Position numbers and translations under genes: made by a program. Of a DNA stretch of 64,000 nucleotides, positions 47,785 through 58,167 are shown in pieces. Under the pieces are notes generated by a model, which did not search any database, was not told the DNA's origin, and was given only the letters and a program-made list of their open reading frames with translations. Origin of the DNA: Candidatus Bathyarchaeia archaeon (GTDB taxonomy: Archaea > Thermoproteota > Bathyarchaeia > Bathyarchaeales > Bathycorpusculaceae). The DNA lies in contig JBEKKK010000002.1 in NCBI GenBank assembly GCA_050010755.1, positions 64,001 through 128,000 on the forward strand, given 5' to 3'. Positions within the stretch are counted from its first letter, which is position 1. Each line of letters starts with the position of its first letter.

Positions 47785-50355
47785 TCAAATTCCACTTTCG
47801 TATTTCGCCAAGGCAGCCACTTCCACCGGCACCACTTTTCTGTACACACACTCTGGCCTTTTTATCACACCGTCAACCTTCAAGAGATCTTCAACTCCTA
47901 TGCCGAACAACTCCTCGTTTTCTTTCAACAACGGCAGGATCCTTTCCCAGTCTTCATTAGAAATCGTGCCTATTTTACCACCGTTGAGCTGATCCTCACC
48001 GACTGTCTCTCTGGGATCTCTCAAGTATACCGCGCTGGCTGCGGCGAGAGGAAATAGGTTTCCGCCGGGATAGGGAGTTTCTTGCTCCACCATTTTTCCA
48101 TGGTCATCAAAGGCTACACCATTGAGAATCGTAAATCCCCTTGCTGCCATGCAGGATTCGCCCATGTAATCTTTGCACGAACCATTCACTATCGCCGTTG
48201 CGCTTCCAACCGAATTTATCAGCGGCCTGTCGATTAAATCTCCCAAAATGAACGTTACTCCGCCCTTAGCCCCATACTCAAACGCTTTTCCAGCGTCTCC
48301 GAAGACCACTAGCTTTCCTGATCTGAAGCAGTAGGCCACAGAGTCCTGGGCGCTTTCGTGCACATAGAATTCGGGTCCGTCTGCAAAGGCAGCGAGGCAA
48401 TCGCCGACTCTTCCATAAACGTCGATTCTGACTCTGTCTCTGGCGATAAGACCAGCTCCGAAATCTCTCTGCCCCCTGAAATTGTAGGCGATAATGTTCT
48501 TCCAACCCAGTTTGCATGCCCTTTCAAGCAGCTGACACGTGCCTTCTCCTCCCTCGGGAGCGAATGCGGAAACGTCAATGACAAGGGTCTGGTTTGCATG
48601 TACCGGGACTTTCAGCTTGTTTCTATCTTCAAACTTGATTAGACGATATTTTCCGTTTGTGTCCAATTCTCCAGAGCGTGTTGAATCGAAAACATCGAAC
48701 AGTTTTTCCTCAAACAGGGAGACGATGTCGCTTCTTCTTTTTCTGCCGGTGTCGTATCTTCTGTCTATGAGCAGTGTAAGAGTCTCCGCAACGACAGACT
48801 TCTCTTCGTCGCCTTTGTCTGCGTATTTTCTCATTGTTTCTGCAAATGAACACACGTCATCAAAACTCCAGCCTCCAATGTTCTTTGCAACGTATGCGAA
48901 CAGGTCGACGCCTCTCGGTTTATCCTTCAGTTTTTCGTCAATGCATGCAAATTGAGGCGGACTGTGATTTGTTCTCTTCCAATGCTCCTGATGATTCGAT
49001 GCTGCGATAGGTTTCCCAAACTTGTCCGTGCAATGAAGGTTATTCATTTCATCAACAGTGAAAACAAATGCACCGCCGTCAGTGTAGCTGCCTCCTCTGG
49101 CATACCAGTACAGGTCACTCTTTGGATAAAACCTTGAGTCATCCTTCGCCAAGTCCTGTACCATCGCGTCTATCGCCTGCTTCTCGGAACCTATGAAACC
49201 TATCTTGGCCTCTCCTTCTTGGAGGGAGAAGACCTGCGGCCTCAGCATCGAAGTGTCCGTTATGCCGATAAGCTGAAACTCTTTTCTGCGGGGATTGTTT
49301 CTGGCGATGATGAAGAACCAGGGTCCGTCCGGAGAACAATGGATGTGCGTTGCCTGGATTGCCCTGTAGATTTTCTTCTTGTCTTCTGGAAGCATGGCGA
49401 AATCTCTTTCCGTCGTTGGGGCAATCGCTTCAATCGCGTATTCTAGGGGGTATTCATACGTCCGTGTCAAGAGGTCCCAGTACAGGGCGGCGACCTCGGT
49501 GTCCGTCAGGAACAGGGGGGAGATGTCTCTCTGCCTCAGGTATTCGGTTATAGAATGATAATTAGCGAAATCGCCATTGTGGACCAAAGCATCGTGCAGG
49601 CCTATGAACGGGTGCGAACCTCCAGGGTGCCAAATTTTTCCTTTCGTCGGATATCGTTGATGTCCCAACCAAACGTGTGCCTCAAGGTTTTCGAGCTGGT
49701 AGTAGTGCAGAACTTGTTCAGCGTATCCCACAATCTTGAAAACGACGATGTTTTTTCCGTGGGACGCGACGAAGGCTTTCTTGTCGCCCAGAGAGGCATA
49801 ATATTTCTTGTTCAGGGAAAAACTGTTTCTATAAATGAACTCGTCCTCAGTGACTTCTGGTCGGAGCCCGCCGTATCCGTTCTTTTCAATAAACCCGCGA
49901 AGCTTTTCTTCTTTCGCCCTCACGAAGTACCTCCACACCTCTGGAGGTTTGACTTCTAGACCTAGATTTCTGTGGTCCTTCACTTGGATTTTTTCTGCAT
50001 GATCAACATTGAGGTTGGAGTTTACGAATTGAGACTCAACACTCACCCTTACTTTCGGATCGATGTAAGCAACCTGCATTATGTAGTCTTCTTCCAAGAC
50101 TCTCTCTGAAATGCCCAGTTGCTTCGCGGAGAGACCGACAGCCGCGATGCCGCCGCCTTTTCCGTTTCCTCTATTGTGCATCTGTATTAGCGGCCGCAAC
50201 AGGTACTTTCCAGGTATTGGAATAGAACTGGCCGTCCCAAGAACGCCGCATCCGCCTTCCGCCACATTCTCTCGGATCGGGCCGTCAGCGTTGGTGAACA
50301 GGGGCTGCTTGACTGAAACCAGTGGACTGCGAGTGTTCCTATCCATAGTTGTCAC
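47785..50355 (-). CDS. glutamate synthase subunit: class II glutamine amidotransferase (GltB1) fused to GXGXG domain (GltB3)
   Basis: AEGG-CGVLG, HNRGNG, GHQRYPT, HPF, HNGDFANY, TDTE; C-terminal beta-helix Gly repeats. Confidence 0.88.
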   Translation of the reverse strand: MTTMDRNTRSPLVSVKQPLFTNADGPIRENVAEGGCGVLGTASSIPIPGKYLLRPLIQMHNRGNGKGGGIAAVGLSAKQLGISERVLEEDYIMQVAYIDPKVRVSVESQFVNSNLNVDHAEKIQVKDHRNLGLEVKPPEVWRYFVRAKEEKLRGFIEKNGYGGLRPEVTEDEFIYRNSFSLNKKYYASLGDKKAFVASHGKNIVVFKIVGYAEQVLHYYQLENLEAHVWLGHQRYPTKGKIWHPGGSHPFIGLHDALVHNGDFANYHSITEYLRQRDISPLFLTDTEVAALYWDLLTRTYEYPLEYAIEAIAPTTERDFAMLPEDKKKIYRAIQATHIHCSPDGPWFFIIARNNPRRKEFQLIGITDTSMLRPQVFSLQEGEAKIGFIGSEKQAIDAMVQDLAKDDSRFYPKSDLYWYARGGSYTDGGAFVFTVDEMNNLHCTDKFGKPIAASNHQEHWKRTNHSPPQFACIDEKLKDKPRGVDLFAYVAKNIGGWSFDDVCSFAETMRKYADKGDEEKSVVAETLTLLIDRRYDTGRKRRSDIVSLFEEKLFDVFDSTRSGELDTNGKYRLIKFEDRNKLKVPVHANQTLVIDVSAFAPEGGEGTCQLLERACKLGWKNIIAYNFRGQRDFGAGLIARDRVRIDVYGRVGDCLAAFADGPEFYVHESAQDSVAYCFRSGKLVVFGDAGKAFEYGAKGGVTFILGDLIDRPLINSVGSATAIVNGSCKDYMGESCMAARGFTILNGVAFDDHGKMVEQETPYPGGNLFPLAAASAVYLRDPRETVGEDQLNGGKIGTISNEDWERILPLLKENEELFGIGVEDLLKVDGVIKRPECVYRKVVPVEVAALAKYESGI

Positions 50356-51899
50356 TTCAGATGATCTAGATGCGCCATGTGATTGAATCTGCCCTTCCTG
50401 AATTTCACTTCGTCACAGGGTCGAAGCTCTCTGATATTGTCAAGACCGAGTTTTTTCAGGATGTAGACCCATTGTTTCTTCCATGAGCTGTACAAGTTGA
50501 TTATCCTCTGAGAACCCCAGTCAACGTCGACGAAATACTTCAGCGCCGAATCTGTTGTGGCTATTCCAGATGGACAGCCTTTTCCTCTTTCGCAGTTTTC
50601 GCATCGTTTACATCCAATTGCGACCAGTTCTGCTGTTCCAATCACCGCTCCATCTGCTCCTAAGGCTATGGCCTTGGCTACGTCGAATGCGGTTCTCAGT
50701 CCTCCGCTGGCCATAATCGTTATCTGATCTCTGACTCCTTCTCTTACCAGATAATTGTGAACGATTGGTATGGCATATTCAACTGGCATTGCAATGTTCT
50801 TCTTTGCTATGTCAGGAGCTGCCCCCGTTCCTCCATACCCGCCGTCTATTTGTAAGATATGGGTTCCCGCGTAGTAGCTTCCAATCGCCACCATGTCAAC
50901 GTCGATAGGAGTTGAAACCTTCACGGATATCAACGCCTGGGGGTTCACATCTTCCATCAGTTGAACATGCCTATAGTGATCCTCGACAGAATAGACGTTG
51001 TGAAAGGGAAATGGAGAAAACAAGCTTATGTACGGAACCACCTCTCGTATCCTTGCAACGTCGGGAGTGACCTTGTCAGCAAGCAGATGTCCTCCCAAGC
51101 CTGGTTTCGCGCCCTGTGCGTATTTCAAAACTATGATCTTTGATCTCTTGATTGTTTCGGCGTTCACCCCGAAGTGGCCAGTTGCAACCTGTGTTACAAC
51201 GTGATCTTTGTACTGAATCAGCTCGTCAGGGTAGCCTCCTTCACCGGTGCTGGTGAACGTGTTCCAAGCCTCGGCAGCTTTGGCTCTTGCAAGCATGACG
51301 TTCAGGCTAATCGAGCCGTACGACATGTCCGCGCTGTAGACCGGAATGGGGATCCTCGTCTCTGGTCGTCCATCATTTCTCTTGTTCAGAACTATGGAGG
51401 TGTCGCAGTCCTCGGTCTCGGACCGTTCCTCGTCAAAGATGTCTTCGTCGCCTAATTCAAAATCAAATCGTAGCTTGTCAAACCCTCCTCCCGAATCCCC
51501 AACTTTGTACTCGTATTTTCTTGAAACTCTTCCAACTTCAGCCTGCTCCCAAGTTGACATTATTAGGTCAGCGGTCCATCGCACGTCGCCGAGGGCAAGG
51601 TACTGCGAGCTGATTTTAACGGACAAAGCATTGTCGGGGCATTCTCGGACGCATCGTTGACACGATAGACCTGTACAAGAAATCTTAGGGACGGCTATGC
51701 GCAGGTATCCGTTCGGCTTTTGATAGGCTTCATAATCTATAGATGAAGCCCCTATGCAGGTTGGGCAAACTTCCGCGCACTTGCCGCACATTGAACATTT
51801 GGACCTCTCGATAATCACTTCGTACTTTTCTATGGAGGCTGGATACTGGGAAGGAGCGGGTTTTACTTCCGGCTTATGGAATAGTTCGTCATGCATCAT
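50352..51899 (-). CDS. ferredoxin-fused FMN-binding glutamate synthase subunit (GltB2)
   Basis: CSMCGKCAEVCP and CQRCVRECP, MSYGS, TGEGG, QGAKPGLGGHL, DGGYGGTGAAP, C-terminal 3Fe-4S Cys motif. Confidence 0.9.
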   Translation of the reverse strand: MMHDELFHKPEVKPAPSQYPASIEKYEVIIERSKCSMCGKCAEVCPTCIGASSIDYEAYQKPNGYLRIAVPKISCTGLSCQRCVRECPDNALSVKISSQYLALGDVRWTADLIMSTWEQAEVGRVSRKYEYKVGDSGGGFDKLRFDFELGDEDIFDEERSETEDCDTSIVLNKRNDGRPETRIPIPVYSADMSYGSISLNVMLARAKAAEAWNTFTSTGEGGYPDELIQYKDHVVTQVATGHFGVNAETIKRSKIIVLKYAQGAKPGLGGHLLADKVTPDVARIREVVPYISLFSPFPFHNVYSVEDHYRHVQLMEDVNPQALISVKVSTPIDVDMVAIGSYYAGTHILQIDGGYGGTGAAPDIAKKNIAMPVEYAIPIVHNYLVREGVRDQITIMASGGLRTAFDVAKAIALGADGAVIGTAELVAIGCKRCENCERGKGCPSGIATTDSALKYFVDVDWGSQRIINLYSSWKKQWVYILKKLGLDNIRELRPCDEVKFRKGRFNHMAHLDHLK

Positions 51900-53263
51900 T
51901 CTTTGTCACCGAAGATTCTGGCTTCAAGATCCTCGTAGAACATCGCCCTTCCTATTTCACCTGCTTGTCTTCTCACTTCCCGGAGGCCCATTCCGCCGAG
52001 CACTTCCAACAGTTGGTCTCTCCAGGCGCCTATCAGGTTCATGACTCGTTGAGTTGCTAGTTCTGCGTCTCCATCTTCCAGCTTTATAGTACAGCTTTGG
52101 CCAAGCGCGTTTTCGTGGCAAACTCTGCATCCTAGGGCGATCTGATACGCCACTCCGACTGCGACTGCGTTGGCCCCGAGGATTATGGATTTGGGAACGT
52201 GCGCCGCCTCGGCTATTCCGCCGCTGAAGATCACGGTGATCTTGTCTCGATTGTGCTTGTCTACAAGGTTTGTGTGAACAGACAGGATGGCGTTCTTGAT
52301 TGTGTCAGGGTCTCGAGCCACAACGTCGTCATAAACGTGAAAATGAACAATATCGCCCCCCAACTCTGCCAGTGCATTTGCCCTCTCAGGGGCCTTTTCA
52401 TCGTAAATGAACCGGGAAGAGACCAGCGCCGAAGGATTAATCGTTTTAACCTTCGTAAGCTGACCTTCAACGTCGCTATCCTCAAACATGACTTCAACGA
52501 TTTGCGATTTCTTGACCAAACCCTCAAACTTGTCTATCTCTTCGGCGTTGATTCTGGGTATCAGACTCGCCCTGTAACGAGCCATATCAGAAGAATACTC
52601 CCTTGCATTGACTATGGCAAAAGTCTTAAGTCCCGCGGCAGCCCTGGCCAAGGCCAACTGGAGATTGTTGCTCGCTGCGCAATTGAGTGGGGCGTCGAGA
52701 ATCATGGGTATTGGAATCTCTATTGTTTTTGGAATTTTGGAAACTAGGTTTTTGTTCTCGTCAAATTCGAGGGATTGAAGTCTCCTTCCCAAGTCTACCG
52801 AAGTCGAAATGTACTCCCTGCCATGAATCCCATCTCTCGTCGGTCTGACTATCTCCGAAAAATCGAACCAGAAGCTGTCAAAACCAGGTCCCGCAAAGGG
52901 GCCATTATACCCTGCGCCCGAAACAGGAACCTTGCCCGTTTCTGCTTCGAAATAGATTGTTTTTATCCTGTCCGGAGAGAAATAAGAATTTCCGAGTTTT
53001 TCAAATTCCGGGTTGATTCCGATTGAGATGGCGGCTTTTGGGCATTTCAAGACACACATGTAGCAGCCCCTGCAGAACTCTGCATTGGGCTCTGCTATCT
53101 TACCGTCCTCTTTAGTTTCATGCACACTGTATATGCAAGCCTGTGTGCATTCTTGAGCGTCAGTGCAGTTGTTGTAGCGTTTGACTAGAAACTTTGGAGG
53201 CAACTTGACTTTTGGAGGTGCTTCCTTCACTGCAATGTGGTATCTCTCGTAAAAGGTTTTCAT
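51896..53263 (-). CDS. ferredoxin-fused, degenerate GltB2-like subunit
   Basis: CRGCYMCVLKCP, SEIVRPTRDGIHGRE, SGGIAEAAHVPK; lacks QGAKPG and GGTG motifs; start moved to ATG 53263. Confidence 0.8.
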   Translation of the reverse strand: MKTFYERYHIAVKEAPPKVKLPPKFLVKRYNNCTDAQECTQACIYSVHETKEDGKIAEPNAEFCRGCYMCVLKCPKAAISIGINPEFEKLGNSYFSPDRIKTIYFEAETGKVPVSGAGYNGPFAGPGFDSFWFDFSEIVRPTRDGIHGREYISTSVDLGRRLQSLEFDENKNLVSKIPKTIEIPIPMILDAPLNCAASNNLQLALARAAAGLKTFAIVNAREYSSDMARYRASLIPRINAEEIDKFEGLVKKSQIVEVMFEDSDVEGQLTKVKTINPSALVSSRFIYDEKAPERANALAELGGDIVHFHVYDDVVARDPDTIKNAILSVHTNLVDKHNRDKITVIFSGGIAEAAHVPKSIILGANAVAVGVAYQIALGCRVCHENALGQSCTIKLEDGDAELATQRVMNLIGAWRDQLLEVLGGMGLREVRRQAGEIGRAMFYEDLEARIFGDKE

Positions 53264-53354
53264 CAGAAGCACCTTGCATTCGAATTGCAGTTCGGAATCA
53301 TGTATGCTCAACGCTTTCTATGTGGCCATTTCAATGTGCGTTATATTACTCGGG

Positions 53355-54770
53355 TCAGCCGTAATGCAGATACTGTTTCAGTATTGCATCCACTTCGTGT
53401 GGCTTTCCCTCGAGTTCTTTCCATAACTCACGGTCGTCGTAAGCTTTAAGCTTCTCGATCGTCTTGTCCACAAGTATCGTCGGGAAAACGTCATCTGCCT
53501 CATAGAACCGCCTATCAGCCTCAAGGCTGTCTGCAGATTCGTTGCACGAGCACGGCAAAGCTTTGAACCCCTTTTGACAGCTGCTGTTGGCATCTGCACA
53601 CGAATCTTGGGCAACTTTCAACGCGTCTTTCGGATTCTGCACACCATAGTCAGCAGATACCGCTAGTGCAGCAAGGATAAGATACGTGTTTGCGAAGGCA
53701 TCTGGGGCTCTGTATTCGAAAGTTCTTCGGCAATCCTCGTTCTTCTGGCTCTCAATCATGTGGTTCCACCACAAGGGAATTCGTATTAAAGCCAGCCGGT
53801 TTCTAGCGCCCCAGCAAATGCTCATTGGTGATTCTTTGGTTGAAATGAAACGTAGGTAAGAAATAGGAACAGTGTTTCCAAAAGCCGCAAGGCTCGGTGC
53901 AAACCTCAGGATCCCGCCGATCATTTCCAAGGCACAGTCACTGAGGGCTCCATCCTTGCCGACTAGAACATTCTCGTTATCTTTTATTCCGCATATGTGA
54001 ATGTGCATCCCTGAACCCGCATGTGCCATCGCGATCTTCGGCGAGAAAGAGGCCGACACGCCATGTTTTGAGCAGACGTTTCGTACAATCCACTTTGCAA
54101 TGGCCAGCGTTTCGGCCATTTCGGCCATGTTTTTTGGGATCAATTCAATTTCGTGCTGTTCAAGCAGCATTTTATCCTCAGTCCATATTCTCCCAGCTTC
54201 ACTGTGCCCGTATTTCGTTGCAATGCCAACATTAGCCAAGGCGACCGTGATTTCGTTTCTGACGTCTTCAAATCTGGCGAAGGGTGCAGACTCATGATAA
54301 TTCTTGTCCGGCATCCCCTCGAAAAGTATCTGAGTCTCCAGCCTAGACATAATGTAGAATTCCAACTCGCACATAGCTTTCAAATCGAAGCCGGCTGAAG
54401 AGTGCAGCTTCTTCTCAGCGCGTTTCAAGACATTCGCAGGAGCGATGTCCAACGGATTCCCTTTCTCATCTAGATAGTCGCAGAGAATATTCAACGTCGG
54501 AACCGTCGCAAAGGGATTGATGAAAACCCTGCCAGTTTTCGGTTTTATGTATATGTCACTTTGACCAGGCTCGATGAAAGAAAACAGGCTCGAACCGTCT
54601 ACTCTTTCCCCGAAATTCAATATTTCCAACAATTGTTTTTTGTCTGTTGTCGAAAAGCTCAGCGTCTTCAGCCTGCCATCTTCTGGAATGTGACACAAAT
54701 TCGCAATTTTGATGTTATTATCCGACACAAACTTCACAATTTCCTCGTTCTCTGAAAAACAAAATCTCAT
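53355..54770 (-). CDS. glnA: glutamine synthetase type I family
   Basis: DGSS, ELEFY, HSE, QHEIE, GSGMHIH, RNRLALIRIP, FEYRAPD. Confidence 0.88.
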   Translation of the reverse strand: MRFCFSENEEIVKFVSDNNIKIANLCHIPEDGRLKTLSFSTTDKKQLLEILNFGERVDGSSLFSFIEPGQSDIYIKPKTGRVFINPFATVPTLNILCDYLDEKGNPLDIAPANVLKRAEKKLHSSAGFDLKAMCELEFYIMSRLETQILFEGMPDKNYHESAPFARFEDVRNEITVALANVGIATKYGHSEAGRIWTEDKMLLEQHEIELIPKNMAEMAETLAIAKWIVRNVCSKHGVSASFSPKIAMAHAGSGMHIHICGIKDNENVLVGKDGALSDCALEMIGGILRFAPSLAAFGNTVPISYLRFISTKESPMSICWGARNRLALIRIPLWWNHMIESQKNEDCRRTFEYRAPDAFANTYLILAALAVSADYGVQNPKDALKVAQDSCADANSSCQKGFKALPCSCNESADSLEADRRFYEADDVFPTILVDKTIEKLKAYDDRELWKELEGKPHEVDAILKQYLHYG

Positions 54771-55075
54771 GTCCAGACAGGGTCACTCCAGCAACTTAGA
54801 ATTTGCAGCGTTATGGAAATCCGCTATTTTAGTCTTGCGCGCATGTCACGATATTTCCAACAAAAGACGATCTAGGGAACTCCCTAATCCGTAAGAAGCC
54901 CATGAGATGAGTGAAATGGGCCCGTTTTTGTTGCTATGATGTTGGCTGTGGCGCCCTTGTCGGAGCTGATAATGAGAATGTGGCATATGGTTTGATGAAC
55001 CCTCCAGCTGAAGATTTTGGACCATTTTCCAAACAGACGCGCGCGCATGAGGACGGTGATGAATACCGAAGTCTT

Positions 55076-56230
55076 CTACTCAGTAAGTGAATGATGCCAA
55101 GTGATTATATATTCAGGCAGTCTGAGTCCTCTTTCGCCCAGTCTTTCAACCAGTCTCACGGGCAACGGGCTTAAAATATACGCTGCCCTCATGTAAAATC
55201 TCCTAGGCTGCCCAGGCTTAACTTCTTCCTCTAGAGTTATCTGAAGGTCTGATTTTTCCTTCAAGGTTGATTTTTTCGTCCCAGTGATTGACAGAACCGT
55301 TCCGTTCATTTTTTTCAGGATGTCACACCAGGCTATGACGGGTTTGGTTTCCCCAGAGTATGACACTAGGATTTCCAAGTCGCCCGGTCTTGGAGGCGGA
55401 GTGTTCACACCTCTCGTGATGTGCACGTTGTCTCCGAGCGTACTCTTTATGTGAAAGAGTCTTATGGCCGCCATCTTGACTATCTCGTTTGCTGTGCCTT
55501 TCCCCCCTAGAAAAACGTCGGTCCTCCTTTCTAGAATGTCTACGAGCCTTGAGTACGTTTCAGATTCCGCAATAGAGTCAATCAACGGTCCAAGCTTGGC
55601 GAACTCTTCTTCACAGAGCTGAAGCACCTCGGGCGGCTCCAGGTTTCTGAACATGGCCTCGGTCATCATAAAAAGGAGGAGGAGACTTCCCAGCTCGAAG
55701 ATGTCGCCCATTATGCCCGTCTCACTGTAATCAAGCGAGGGTTTCGCTCGGCCTCTCCCCGATAACTCGACAACGTGTCCACATTTGCTAGCAATGTCTG
55801 CCAGCGGCGAATTCAGGTTCGAGGTTATGAGCCCCATGGAGAACTTTGACGACTTCTTGTCGCCTATGTACCTGAAAAGGTCCTGCGCCAGGACCAGCGG
55901 GTCGGCAGACACTCCGCTTCCAGAGTTTATCAAAAAGAAGATCTTGTTGTAACGCCTCTCAAGCTCGGCCGCGGCGTCGTACATGTTCTTTCCGGGAAAA
56001 CCAGGATCGTCAGGAGTCAGCACAACCTTGTTTCTCCAGCCTATGTGACTGATGGCTATTTGACTCATGGCCGCGTTCAACGAATACAGCGATCGTCCAG
56101 ATCCGCCGCACACGACACAGTCCGCTGACTTCAGATCTTCATACAGAGACGCCAACTCTCTCTTCCTGACGCTGAGCAGGTTGTCCCTAATCCTGTTAAT
56201 GTATCCGATGCGGCTGACCTTGCTTCTAAT
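55076..56230 (-). CDS. tandem SIS-domain sugar-phosphate isomerase-like protein (HxlB/PHI-like)
   Basis: GGSGRS, NSGSG, MGDIFE, VSYSGET, SITG; frame open 25 codons upstream of 56155 to an ATT. Confidence 0.78.
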   Translation of the reverse strand: MRSKVSRIGYINRIRDNLLSVRKRELASLYEDLKSADCVVCGGSGRSLYSLNAAMSQIAISHIGWRNKVVLTPDDPGFPGKNMYDAAAELERRYNKIFFLINSGSGVSADPLVLAQDLFRYIGDKKSSKFSMGLITSNLNSPLADIASKCGHVVELSGRGRAKPSLDYSETGIMGDIFELGSLLLLFMMTEAMFRNLEPPEVLQLCEEEFAKLGPLIDSIAESETYSRLVDILERRTDVFLGGKGTANEIVKMAAIRLFHIKSTLGDNVHITRGVNTPPPRPGDLEILVSYSGETKPVIAWCDILKKMNGTVLSITGTKKSTLKEKSDLQITLEEEVKPGQPRRFYMRAAYILSPLPVRLVERLGERGLRLPEYIITWHHSLTE

Positions 56231-56389
56231 CTAAACCACACCCGATGTAATCCAAAACTCGGCAACCATATATTTGTCTTGCGAACCCGCGGTCAATGTC
56301 CTACGTCCCACCGAACCGCGTTTGGTCTCCATAAACCTTTTCTTGTAGCCCCCGTCTTTGGTTTGGCAAAGCGTGTTGATTAAGCGAAA

Positions 56390-57388
56390 GTGACGCTGTT
56401 GGAAAATGCCATAGAAACAAGTGAGCTTACCAAGCGCTTCAGCAGCCTTGTGGCAGTCGACAAGCTCAACATTTCGGTCGAGAAGGGGGAAGTTTTCGGC
56501 CTGCTAGGGCCTAACGGCGCGGGAAAGACGACGACTATTTCGATGCTCTGCACTTTATTGAAGCCAAGTTCCGGCTGGGCAAAGGTTAACGGTTTCGACA
56601 TCGTCAAGCAAGATACGCAAGTGCGAAACTCAATCGGTATTGTTTTTCAGGATCCGAGCATCGACGACAGGCTCACTGGCAGGGAGAACCTTTACATGCA
56701 CGCCAACCTCTACGGAGTGCCCACCAGCGAGCAGAAGCCGCGCATTGACAGGGTTTTGAAACTGGTTGAGCTTGACACAAGGGCTGACGATCTCATGCGA
56801 ACCTACAGCGGCGGGATGAGACGGCGCCTAGAAATTGCCCGAGGACTGATACACTACCCGAAAATCTTGTTCCTAGACGAACCCACTATCGGGCTCGACC
56901 CCCAGACACGAGAGCACATCTGGACGTACATTGAAGATTTGAGGAAGGCTCACGAAGTCACAATGATTTTGACGACGCACTACATGGACGAGGCAGACCG
57001 GCTCTCAGACCGAATAGCCATAATGGACTACGGCAAGATTGTGGCCTCGGACACACCTGCCAAGCTGAAGGACACGCTTGAAGGCGACGTAATAAGCATC
57101 AAGACCAAGGAAGCCGCGAAGCTTTCTTCCCTCATTGCCGGAACGGCAGGCGTTCTGAAAATCAATACGGTGAACGATGGACTTGACCTCACAGTCCGCG
57201 GCGGAAAGGCTCTCCTGCCCAGAATAGTGGAAACAGCAGCGAAAAACGGCATCTTCATTGAATCCGTCTCTCTCCGTGAGCCGAACCTCGCAGATGTTTT
57301 CCTGCACTACACCGGTAGGGGGATCCGAGCTGAAGGCAGCGATGAGCTTCACGGTATGTCCGCCATCCGGAGGAGACAGATCAAATGA
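56390..57388 (+). CDS. ABC-2 exporter ATP-binding subunit (DrrA-like)
   Basis: GPNGAGKT, YSGGMRRR, LFLDEPT, TTHYM. Confidence 0.93.
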   Translation: MTLLENAIETSELTKRFSSLVAVDKLNISVEKGEVFGLLGPNGAGKTTTISMLCTLLKPSSGWAKVNGFDIVKQDTQVRNSIGIVFQDPSIDDRLTGRENLYMHANLYGVPTSEQKPRIDRVLKLVELDTRADDLMRTYSGGMRRRLEIARGLIHYPKILFLDEPTIGLDPQTREHIWTYIEDLRKAHEVTMILTTHYMDEADRLSDRIAIMDYGKIVASDTPAKLKDTLEGDVISIKTKEAAKLSSLIAGTAGVLKINTVNDGLDLTVRGGKALLPRIVETAAKNGIFIESVSLREPNLADVFLHYTGRGIRAEGSDELHGMSAIRRRQIK

Positions 57389-58167
57389 CGGAGATGCGGG
57401 GAATCTACACGCTCTGGCTGCGAGAAGTCAAGCGTTACCTCCGAGACAGGGCCAGAATCGTGAGCAGCTTCGTCCAGCCCCTCCTTTGGCTAGCCATATT
57501 CGGCAAGGGCCTAAGTTCTCTCGCAAGGGGGATTCAGTTGGGCAACCTGACATATCAGCAGTACATTTTCCCAGGCATAGTCGGACAGACGCTTCTGTTC
57601 ACTTCAATGTTCATGGGCATCTCAGTGATATGGGATAGAGAATTTGGTTTTCTGAAGGAGATAATGGTGGCTCCGATTTCACAATTTTCAGTCTTTTTAG
57701 GCAAAATGCTGGGCGATAGCACAGATGCCCTGATTCAAGGAACAATGGTTTTCGTCATGGGCGCCATCTTGGCGTCATTTCTAGGTATTAATCTCAACCT
57801 CACTGTTTTTCTGGAATCTCTGCCAATCATGGTTCTCATCACGTTTGGACTAGTGGGTGTCGGCCTCACGGTGGCCAGCTTAATAGAGAGCCTCGAAAGC
57901 TTCGGCGTAATACAGAGCTTCATAAACCTACCACTATTCTTCCTGAGCGGGGCGATTATCCCTCTCAGCGGTCCTGGAGTTCCTGAATGGCTGCAAATCG
58001 CCTCACGATTCGACCCCTTAACCTACGGCGTGGACGCATTGAGGACGATCATCGATGGCAAAGCTTGGCAACCACTGTACCCGCTATACTTCGACATCGT
58101 GATAATCTGCGCCTTTAACATTGCCATGATCATCATCGGAACTCTGATGTTCAGCAGAAGAAAATAG
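57385..58167 (+). CDS. ABC-2 exporter permease
   Basis: WDREFGFLKEIMVAP, PLFFLSGA, PLTYGVDALR. Confidence 0.92.
   Translation: MTEMRGIYTLWLREVKRYLRDRARIVSSFVQPLLWLAIFGKGLSSLARGIQLGNLTYQQYIFPGIVGQTLLFTSMFMGISVIWDREFGFLKEIMVAPISQFSVFLGKMLGDSTDALIQGTMVFVMGAILASFLGINLNLTVFLESLPIMVLITFGLVGVGLTVASLIESLESFGVIQSFINLPLFFLSGAIIPLSGPGVPEWLQIASRFDPLTYGVDALRTIIDGKAWQPLYPLYFDIVIICAFNIAMIIIGTLMFSRRK

Noticed and set aside
47785-54770. N-methylglutamate pathway (GMAS + NMG synthase)
   Set aside because: The GS retains the DGSS ammonium-site motif and the amidotransferase retains the N-terminal Cys; no NMG dehydrogenase nearby
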